From assembly GCA_944326245.1 (NCBI GenBank), contig CALVDF010000013.1, positions 2,713-66,712 of the forward strand: a stretch of DNA of 64,000 nucleotides, read 5' to 3'. A model generated the notes under the pieces. It was given only the letters and a program-made list of their open reading frames with translations, was not told the DNA's origin and did no database searches. The first letter of the stretch is position 1, and each line of letters starts with the position of its first letter. The position numbers and the translations under genes were made by a program. This stretch comes from an uncultured Bacteroidales bacterium. GTDB lineage: Bacteria; Bacteroidota; Bacteroidia; Bacteroidales; UBA932. Shown piece after piece: positions 40,039 to 46,764 of the stretch.

Positions 40039-41124
40039 CTACATCCTCAGCCGTCCGAAGTGCAGTGTGCCTTCAGCGTCCTCAGTCAGGGCGTAGACGG
40101 TGTTCTCAGTCCCGTCATAGCACAGTTTCACGATTGTCATGTCTGTCCGTATGAGTTCCAGTGGACGGCCCTCACGGTCGAACACGGCGATGTCTGAGTA
40201 CATCTGTCCCATGTCAGGCGTATAGTCGTCGTAGTATCTCTGTACGGGAGTGTGTCCGTCGTAGGAGGTGTAGATCCTGTCGTCGGTGCAGCAGATGTCG
40301 GCGAATCCTGCGATGGTGTTCTCGTTGAAATCATAGGTGTACTCCAGCGCCTCGATGTCCGGCTTCACGAAGTACCGGATGCCTGTGGGTTCCAGCCGGT
40401 CATCCTCTATGGAAAATATCTGCAGTACGGCTCCGTAGAACGTGCCTATGACGCACCGGCTGCCGTCGGGCGAGAGGTCCATTACGGAATTCCAGTACAG
40501 GTATTCGTTCATGCGTCCGGTTTCGTCCGGTATTTCCTGGAGAGTGTGCCGGGACAGAACGTTTCCGTCAAGGGTCTGGAGCAGCAGTTCTATCGGGAGC
40601 TCATCGTCCAACGGGGCGGTGAACCCGGCCTTGGATGTCTGGTTGAGCAGGATGCCGTCTCTGATGTAGATGCATCGGTTTGTCCTGCCGGTCCCCTCCA
40701 TTTTTATCTCCCTGACGGGATAGCTGCTGTGAATGAGCGAGTCCACCGGGAAGCACTGCATGAGGTTCTGCGTCAGGTCGTAGTAGTACAGAGTGTCGTT
40801 CCGCAGGGACGGTGCCCTGTCCCCCTGGATGGTCTCGCCCGGTCCGCGTCCTTCCCGGATGGCACCGGCGACCGGAGCACCTGTGTGCTTGTCGTAGATA
40901 TGCAGCGTTTTCCGGGTCTGCATGTTGAGTGCAGGCAGCACTAACCAGTCCTTGTATACGTAAAGATCCTGAGCGGTATTGAAGAGCAGCCCGTCACCGA
41001 GTATCTCGAAACAGGCCTCCCTCTCGACAGGAAATACGGGCGGCTCGTATCTGATATTGTTCCGGCCGCAGCCGGTCAGGAGCAGTGATGTCACCAGAAG
41101 TGCGGGTGTGAGCAGACGTTTCAT
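40039..41124 (-). CDS. beta-propeller-type lipoprotein (Bacteroidales 6-bladed propeller-like family), paralog 1
   Basis: 361 aa with lipobox MKRLLTPALLVTSLLLTGCG. It has a repetitive beta-strand-rich body and is a paralog of the next gene. Confidence 0.6.
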   Translation of the reverse strand: MKRLLTPALLVTSLLLTGCGRNNIRYEPPVFPVEREACFEILGDGLLFNTAQDLYVYKDWLVLPALNMQTRKTLHIYDKHTGAPVAGAIREGRGPGETIQGDRAPSLRNDTLYYYDLTQNLMQCFPVDSLIHSSYPVREIKMEGTGRTNRCIYIRDGILLNQTSKAGFTAPLDDELPIELLLQTLDGNVLSRHTLQEIPDETGRMNEYLYWNSVMDLSPDGSRCVIGTFYGAVLQIFSIEDDRLEPTGIRYFVKPDIEALEYTYDFNENTIAGFADICCTDDRIYTSYDGHTPVQRYYDDYTPDMGQMYSDIAVFDREGRPLELIRTDMTIVKLCYDGTENTVYALTEDAEGTLHFGRLRM

Positions 41125-41155
41125 GTTCGTAGGAGTTTTTTTAAGTGAATATTTT

Positions 41156-42214
41156 CTATAGCCGTCCGAGGCGGAGTCTGCCGTCGGTGTCCGTGACTAT
41201 GGCGTAGACGGTGCCTTCTGCCTCGTCGCAGCACAGCCTGTTGATGCTCAGGCCGGTCTTGATCAGCTCTAAAGGCCGGCCCTCCCAGTCGAAGACGGCG
41301 ATGCGGGTGAAGAGCGGATGGTCCTCGGGCATGAATTTGATTATGTTGATGCCGTCGTATGCAGTGTAGATTCTCTCATTCCCGGCGTAGATGTCCTGAA
41401 AGCCGAGTCTGGACCGGTCCGTGTGTTCGTAGTGATGGTTGCGGCTGTGGCGCAGCAGGATCTTCACGAGCGGCTCGATGTAGTAGTTGAGGCTCCTGAG
41501 CCGGAGCGTGTCCCCGATGTCGTAAGTCTCCAGGATGGCTCCCCTCCATGTCCCGAAGACTGCCCGGCTGCCGTCGGGCGAGATGTCGCCGCGGGAGGAG
41601 CGGTAGACGCATTCTCCTAAGTACGGATTCTCAATGGGATGAATGTCGCAGGCGGCGGTGATTCTGCCCTGAGCCTTGTCGTACAGCTCCAGCCGGGATG
41701 TCCCGGAGAGGGAGTCGGTGTAGCTGTTGTTGTGGTACAGGTACCGGTCTCCGAGGTCCCAGGTCCTGAGATTGCTTCCGGGCAGCAGGACCGGACTCTG
41801 GCTGACGGTAGGAGTCTCCTCGTCCAGCATGTCGTTTACGCTGAAGACCAGCTCAGTCTCCAGCAGACCGTCGATATACCGCATCCAGCCGTCCATAAGG
41901 GTGGTCATGGCGTATCCGTAGTAATTCCGGCCCGGGGCCTTGCCGAACTGGATGGAACCGGTCACTTTCTCTCCGCTGGTCTTGTCGAATATGTGGAACG
42001 TGTTGCCGCTCAGGGTGTCGTGTCCGCAGACCAGCAGGTAAGGGCCGTAGACGTAGATATCCCCGGCATCCCGCAGGGTCAGCGGCTCTCCGATGAGTTC
42101 GAAGCGGGCGCTCCGCTCTGTGGGGAATTCGGGCTCCCGGTATCTGTCCGTGCCGCCGCAGCCGGTCAGGAGCAGAACTGTCATTAGAAGTGCGGGTGTG
42201 AGCAGACGTTTCAT
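41156..42214 (-). CDS. beta-propeller-type lipoprotein, paralog 2
   Basis: Start set at MKRLLTPALLMTVLLLTGCG. It shares the AVFDxEGRPLELIxT and SPDGSR blocks with paralog 1. Confidence 0.6.
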   Translation of the reverse strand: MKRLLTPALLMTVLLLTGCGGTDRYREPEFPTERSARFELIGEPLTLRDAGDIYVYGPYLLVCGHDTLSGNTFHIFDKTSGEKVTGSIQFGKAPGRNYYGYAMTTLMDGWMRYIDGLLETELVFSVNDMLDEETPTVSQSPVLLPGSNLRTWDLGDRYLYHNNSYTDSLSGTSRLELYDKAQGRITAACDIHPIENPYLGECVYRSSRGDISPDGSRAVFGTWRGAILETYDIGDTLRLRSLNYYIEPLVKILLRHSRNHHYEHTDRSRLGFQDIYAGNERIYTAYDGINIIKFMPEDHPLFTRIAVFDWEGRPLELIKTGLSINRLCCDEAEGTVYAIVTDTDGRLRLGRL

Positions 42215-42235
42215 GGCAGTTTTATTGTTATTCGC

Positions 42236-42243
42236 CAAATTTA
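42236..42243 (-). promoter_or_regulatory. -7 promoter box (TAAATTTG on the minus strand) for the lipoprotein pair
   Basis: The reverse complement of CAAATTTA is TAAATTTG, 22 nt upstream of the ATG at 42214. Confidence 0.45.
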
Positions 42244-42269
42244 GCGATTATTTTCCATATTTTCGCGTC

Positions 42270-43154
42270 ATGGAAAAAAGAGGTCTGTTGATTTACCCCT
42301 CGACGACTCCCCGGGGGAACAATGCTTTCGGCTGGTTCCGGGAGGCGGCTGCCCGTCACGGGATGTCGGTCGAGGTGCTGTTCTATGACGCTCCGGCGGC
42401 TGAGGCTCCCGCGGGCGCTCCGGCCTGGAAGCCGGATTTTGTCCTGATGCGGGGGTACAATATCGCCCTGTCGCGGTGGTACGGGGGGCAGGGTGTGCCG
42501 GTGCTGAATGCCCCCGAGGCGATGATCCTCTGCCGGGACAAGCTCCGCTGCGGGGAGGTCCTGGCCGCTGCCGGGGTGCCGGTGCCGGGGGCATTGTCCC
42601 CTGAAGAGGCTGGGAGCGGGGACGCATTTCCATTTATCCTCAAGCTCAATTTCGGGTCGAAGGGGGAGAATGTCTTCCTCGTCCGCGATGCCCCGGAATA
42701 CCGTTCCGCGTTAGAGGCGTGCCGGCGGGAGGAGGTTCTGCGCTTAGAGGCATTGTCCCGTGGAATCAGTGAGTTCGGGGAGACGCCGGAGGAGGTCCGC
42801 CGCGGCTGTGTGCCTGTCCTGCAGGAGTTCGTGGCCACGAGCAGCGGACGGGACATCCGGGTGTGGGTGACGGGGGACGAGGTGGCCGGTCATGTGCTGC
42901 GGTACAATCCCTCGAGCTTCAAGTCCAATTTCGCCGCCGGGGGCTCCTTCCGTCAGATTCCGCTGCCTCCCGCCGCTGCTTCTCTTGCCGTGGCCGCTGC
43001 CCGTGCCTGCGGGCTCTTCTTTGCGGGGGTGGACCTGCTGTTCGATGGTCAAAACGGCTTCAAGGTCTGCGAGGTCAATGGCAATGCCGGCTTCCGCACC
43101 GCCTCGGCCGACATTCCCGACGCGCTGTTCCGCAATCTCTCCCGCGTCCTATGA
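42270..43154 (+). CDS. RimK-like ATP-grasp ligase
   Basis: Start set at MEKRGLLIY (ATG at 42270). FILKLNFGSKGENVFLV, VLQEFV and CEVNGNAGF are typical ATP-grasp/RimK segments. Confidence 0.75.
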   Translation: MEKRGLLIYPSTTPRGNNAFGWFREAAARHGMSVEVLFYDAPAAEAPAGAPAWKPDFVLMRGYNIALSRWYGGQGVPVLNAPEAMILCRDKLRCGEVLAAAGVPVPGALSPEEAGSGDAFPFILKLNFGSKGENVFLVRDAPEYRSALEACRREEVLRLEALSRGISEFGETPEEVRRGCVPVLQEFVATSSGRDIRVWVTGDEVAGHVLRYNPSSFKSNFAAGGSFRQIPLPPAAASLAVAAARACGLFFAGVDLLFDGQNGFKVCEVNGNAGFRTASADIPDALFRNLSRVL

Positions 43155-43223
43155 CCAACCAGTGCGTCCTGAGATGGCCGGGAGTATTCCTTGTTCTGTA
43201 ATCTTGCCCACGCCCTCTGGCAA

Positions 43224-43391
43224 TGGTAAGCAGTGCAGCAGGGTGTTTTTGCAAACACTCAGTGATCAGAGAGTTACGGAAGAGCTGTGATCTTTTCGGG
43301 ATGTTGTGAGGGTGCGGAAAGATCATGCTTGATTCGCATTGTCTTGAATGTCAGTGTTTTGCAAAATAGGGGTGCGTCACATCTTACCGTT
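43224..43391 (+). repeat. 168-bp REPIN/MITE-like intergenic element, copy B
   Basis: TGGTAAGCAGTGCAGCAGGGTGTTTTTGCAAACACTCAG ... CAGTGTTTTGCAAAATAGGGGTGCGTCACATCTTACCGTT. The left and right ~45 nt are imperfect inverted repeats of each other. Confidence 0.75.
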
Positions 43392-43456
43392 GCGGGAACT
43401 GGCGGCTCTGAGCCGGATTTGGGCTTCTATCCTTGAGGGTTGTGATCCTGGCTGTT

Positions 43457-44377
43457 CTATGCCAGTCCGTTCTGCACCGGACTGTTCTGGCCTGGAGCGC
43501 TTTGGCCGGGATGGAAGACTTGTCCGAGCAGACTGATGCTGGTGTGGGTGAGGCGTGCCAGCTGCTTGATGCCCAGGCCGTATTGTTTCCGGAGGATGTC
43601 TGCCAGCTGATACTTCTCGTCTATGCTGAGCGCATCGGGAGAAGACTTGCTGAATATTTCGCTGCAGAGGTTCGTGACGGTGGAGGCCATCTCGCTGTCA
43701 GTGTAGCGGGCCCGCCGGAGGATTCCGGATGTCAGCTCCATCTCCATACTGTCGTTGCGCGAGAGGAAGTAGAGCATCCTGACGGGGCTGCGGAATATCT
43801 CCTCGACGGCGCGGTAGTCAACGTAGCATCCAGGGCAGATGAGTCCGTCGGCCGTTACGGTGTAGTGTCCAGGCAGCTGTCCGCGGGTGCGGAACAGTTT
43901 CTGCCGCCGCCGCTTGCTCATGTGTGCGATATCTGTGACCGGCCGGTTGGCTGTCAGCGTGTTGCCGTCGTTGAAATACAGAGGACCGGAGCTCCATCGG
44001 TAATGCGTCGGGAGGACGGCCAGTCCGGCTGCGGGAGGGTTGCGCAAGACGTAGGCAATCGCCCGTTTAAGGTACTCGGTATCGTCAATTTCTTTCATGC
44101 AGATGTCTGCGCGGCTCATGTCGGCCATGGTGAAAAGTCGCTTCCGGTAGGCCTTGATGAATCCACCGCAGTCCTCTTCGGTGCCGTGGGCTATGAAATG
44201 GACGTGATTGTCCATCAGACAGAAAGCGTGCATGGATATGTCTCTGTCAGCCATGCATGCCGGAATGCTGTTCATCCCGAAAATGTAATCGGCGTCAGTC
44301 TTGAAAATGATTTCTTTTTCCAGTCCGGCTGTGCAGATGTGCCGGAAATTTTTCTCCTGCTCCATAATCTTTCGCAT
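43457..44377 (-). CDS. RAYT-like HUH/Tyr protein with C-terminal HTH-like tail, copy 2
   Basis: 306 aa with FCLMDNHVHFIA (HUH), AIAYVLRNPPAAG (Tyr motif) and QYGLGIKQLARLTH. It is roughly 40% identical to copy 1 by eye. An alternative ATG lies at 44365. Confidence 0.65.
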   Translation of the reverse strand: MRKIMEQEKNFRHICTAGLEKEIIFKTDADYIFGMNSIPACMADRDISMHAFCLMDNHVHFIAHGTEEDCGGFIKAYRKRLFTMADMSRADICMKEIDDTEYLKRAIAYVLRNPPAAGLAVLPTHYRWSSGPLYFNDGNTLTANRPVTDIAHMSKRRRQKLFRTRGQLPGHYTVTADGLICPGCYVDYRAVEEIFRSPVRMLYFLSRNDSMEMELTSGILRRARYTDSEMASTVTNLCSEIFSKSSPDALSIDEKYQLADILRKQYGLGIKQLARLTHTSISLLGQVFHPGQSAPGQNSPVQNGLA

Positions 44378-44397
44378 CTATCGGTTAATGACTGCCT

Positions 44398-44405
44398 CAA
44401 AGTTA
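44398..44405 (-). promoter_or_regulatory. -7 promoter box (TAACTTTG on the minus strand) for RAYT-like gene 2
   Basis: The reverse complement of CAAAGTTA is TAACTTTG, 21 nt upstream of the ATG at 44377. Confidence 0.45.
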
Positions 44406-44431
44406 GGAATTATATTCTGACTGTGCAACAA

Positions 44432-44599
44432 CGGTAAGCAGGGACGCGGGTACTTTTTGTAATCGCTCGGAAGTCAGAGGGTTAAGAAAGAGGGGTGTGC
44501 TTGTCGGTGGGTTGTGAAGGTGCGAAAGATTCTCGTTGTATTGGTAATGCTGTGAAAAATAGTTGATTATGAAAATGGGGTGCGTCAGTACTTACGGTT
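44432..44599 (+). repeat. 168-bp REPIN/MITE-like intergenic element, copy C
   Basis: CGGTAAGCAGGGACGCGGG ... GTTGTGAAGGTGCGAAAGAT ... GGGGTGCGTCAGTACTTACGGTT. It is in the same orientation as A and B. Confidence 0.75.
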
Positions 44600-44696
44600 A
44601 ATCCTTCGTAGGCTCGGACGCGGGTGTTTGCATACCTTTCTAGATGCTGGCTGCCTGTCGGTTCTACCCGGTCGTGTGGGCTGAACAGCAGGAAAC

Positions 44697-45455
44697 TCAG
44701 GGATTGAGCATGATGGTGTTGACGGTACGGCCGCAGGAGGGGCCTTCGCGGCGGGCTGAGAAGAAGCCGGGGTGGGAGTAGGTGTCGATGCCGGAGATGA
44801 GGATGTTGGGGTCATGGACACCGGCCCGGATGAGGGTCAGGCGGACGGCTTGGGGAAGGTCTATGTGGAGGCCGCCGGACATGGAGCCGGGGATGCGCGG
44901 GCCGCGGTCGGTGATAAGGCGGACAACGGTTTTGCCGGTGCTGGCCGTGCCGTAGTCATCAGTGTCCGGCCGGGACCATGTCTCAGGAAATCCGGCGGCG
45001 AGGAAGGCTTCGGCGACTTCCGGACCGACCTGGAAGCTTTCCGGGCCGATGCCGGGACCGATTACCGCCAGGATGTCGGCGGCGCGGGTGCCGTACTTGG
45101 AGGCCATCACAGCCAGGGTCTTGGCTGCGATTTTCAGCACCGTGCCCTTCCATCCGGAATGTACTGCCGCCACGACCCGCCGCACCGGATCGTACATCAG
45201 CACCGGTATGCAGTCAGCCGTCCGGGCCCCTATCGCAACGCCCGGCACGTCAGTTACCAGCGCGTCATAGCCCTCCAGCTCTTCCCGTGTAGTACCTGCC
45301 GAAGTCACCACGGCCACCCGGTCTCCGTGCACCTGATGTGCCTGCACCACCCTCATCGGCAGCACGGCGTCCCTCAGCGGGGAAAATGCCGTAACTTCAG
45401 GGGCTATGTCATATTTCAGCAGGCCGTCGGAACCGCTCGGGAAAATCTGTCTCAT
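44697..45455 (-). CDS. pgeF: polyphenol-oxidase/laccase-domain protein (PgeF/YfiH family)
   Basis: QAHQVHGDRV, ADCIPVL and HSGWKGT motifs are present. The ORF-track start at 45470 is a TTG, so I use the ATG at 45455 (MRQIFPSG). Confidence 0.85.
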   Translation of the reverse strand: MRQIFPSGSDGLLKYDIAPEVTAFSPLRDAVLPMRVVQAHQVHGDRVAVVTSAGTTREELEGYDALVTDVPGVAIGARTADCIPVLMYDPVRRVVAAVHSGWKGTVLKIAAKTLAVMASKYGTRAADILAVIGPGIGPESFQVGPEVAEAFLAAGFPETWSRPDTDDYGTASTGKTVVRLITDRGPRIPGSMSGGLHIDLPQAVRLTLIRAGVHDPNILISGIDTYSHPGFFSARREGPSCGRTVNTIMLNP

Positions 45456-45477
45456 CTCAGGCAAATACAATTTTCAG

Positions 45478-45485
45478 CAAAGTTA
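45478..45485 (-). promoter_or_regulatory. -7 promoter box (TAACTTTG on the minus strand) for pgeF
   Basis: The reverse complement of CAAAGTTA is TAACTTTG, 23 nt upstream of the ATG at 45455. Confidence 0.45.
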
Positions 45486-45509
45486 GGATACTTCTTTGAA
45501 AAATTTTTC

Positions 45510-45517
45510 TAAATTTG
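45510..45517 (+). promoter_or_regulatory. -7 promoter box TAAATTTG for the metX operon
   Basis: TAnnTTTG about 215 nt upstream of the metX ATG, which implies a long 5' leader. Confidence 0.5.
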
Positions 45518-45527
45518 TCTCCGCAAT

Positions 45528-45606
45528 GAGAAAGCACTCCAACATATCCATGATGTCCATGCGAATGCATCGCTCTTCGATGCATGGCTTTCTCTTTTGC
45601 CGGTAA
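45528..45606 (+). promoter_or_regulatory. candidate Met-rich leader ORF (45550-45606, MMSMRMHRSSMHGFLFCR) embedded in a nested terminator-like hairpin
   Basis: 5 of 18 codons are ATG. There is a perfect 8-bp hairpin at 45565-45585 and an outer 8-bp helix 45528-35/45587-94, followed by TTTT. It lies immediately upstream of a Met-biosynthesis operon. Confidence 0.45.
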
Positions 45607-45731
45607 GTCAAGCGGGATGCGGGCTCCGGCGTATTAATCCGAAAACATATCAAGTTGACTCCACAGTCCCGAATCTGCCCCGGGGCTGAGAATGGATTTG
45701 ACGTCAGGGCATCAATGGACATCGACAATCA

Positions 45732-46745
45732 ATGATACAGGCGGAATATATCCACGAAGAACCGTTCCGGTGCGAGGCCGGAGGTACAATCGACAATCTC
45801 AGAATAGTCTATCACATATCAATGCCGGGCGGCGGGCCCAGCAAGGTCATCTGGATCTGTCATGCGCTGACAGCCAATTCGGACCCGGAGGAATGGTGGC
45901 CGGAGATGGTGGGTCCGGGCCGGCTCATAGACACGGACCGCTACACGGTGGTCTGCGCCAATATGCTCTGCTCGGCCTACGGCTCCTCCGGTCCGGCGCA
46001 TGGCAGGTTCCTGGATTTCCCGAAGGTGACTGTCAGGGACATCGTCCGCACCGAGGCTCTCCTGCGCAGGCATCTGGGCATAGGCCGGATAGACCTGCTG
46101 ATAGGCAGTTCCATCGGCGGTTTCCAGGCTCTGGAATGGACGGTGATGGAGCCGGATGTAATCGCGCGGGCGGCTATCATGGCCTGCGGCCCCCGGGTTA
46201 CGCCCTGGCTGACAGCATCCAACGAGGCCCAGAGGATGGCCATCGAGGCCGATCCTACGTTTCGCGAGTGCCGCACCCTGAAAGGCGGAGCGGCAGGACT
46301 CCGTACGGCCAGGGCCATAGCCCTCATCTCGTACCGCAGCTATCGGGGCTACAACACCACTCAGAATGAGGAGGATCCCGACACCCTTTTCGCCACCCGC
46401 GCCGCCTCCTACGAGCGGTATCAGGGCCGCAAGCTCTCCGACCGTTTCGACGCCTATTCCTACTGGTACCTGACACATTCCGTGGACAGTCATAACATCG
46501 GCAGGGGCCGCGGAGGAGTGGAGGCAGCTCTCAGGAGCATCAGGACCCGCTGTGTCATCGTCGGCATAGACAGCGACGCCCTTTTCCCGACTCAGGAGCA
46601 GAAGTTCATGGCCCGCAACATCCCCAGGGCCGAGTATCACGAGATAACCTCGGCTTTCGGCCACGACGGCTTCCTGCTCGAATACGGCCAGATATCGGAG
46701 ATTCTCAGGCCGGAGCTGGAGGCTCTGGGAGGTAATCAAAAGTAA
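45732..46745 (+). CDS. metX: homoserine O-acetyltransferase
   Basis: 337 aa alpha/beta hydrolase with HALTANS, GSSIGGFQALEW (nucleophile elbow) and SAFGHDGFL motifs. Confidence 0.92.
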   Translation: MIQAEYIHEEPFRCEAGGTIDNLRIVYHISMPGGGPSKVIWICHALTANSDPEEWWPEMVGPGRLIDTDRYTVVCANMLCSAYGSSGPAHGRFLDFPKVTVRDIVRTEALLRRHLGIGRIDLLIGSSIGGFQALEWTVMEPDVIARAAIMACGPRVTPWLTASNEAQRMAIEADPTFRECRTLKGGAAGLRTARAIALISYRSYRGYNTTQNEEDPDTLFATRAASYERYQGRKLSDRFDAYSYWYLTHSVDSHNIGRGRGGVEAALRSIRTRCVIVGIDSDALFPTQEQKFMARNIPRAEYHEITSAFGHDGFLLEYGQISEILRPELEALGGNQK

Positions 46746-46764
46746 AATCAATAAAATCAAGTTT

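Noticed and set aside
43348-43536. 62-aa ORF downstream of the ATP-grasp gene as a possible RiPP/graspetide precursor
   Set aside because: It starts inside repeat copy B and runs into the 3' end of the RAYT-like gene on the other strand. It has no core-peptide-like Thr/Ser/Asp/Glu/Lys pattern.
45512-45731. SAM riboswitch upstream of metX
   Set aside because: I looked for the S-box (SAM-I) core elements (AUCnAGAG, GAGGGA, GGCAACC, GGUGC) and found none. I cannot confirm or exclude SAM-II/V by eye. The region is instead reported as a leader-ORF/hairpin candidate, with a covariance-model search as the decisive test.
45601-45731. Possible fifth copy of the 168-bp repeat starting at CGGTAAGTCAAGCGGG in the metX leader
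   Set aside because: Only the first ~20 nt resemble the left end of copy A. There is no right-end CTTACCGTT block and none of the internal conserved blocks, so this is likely chance similarity.
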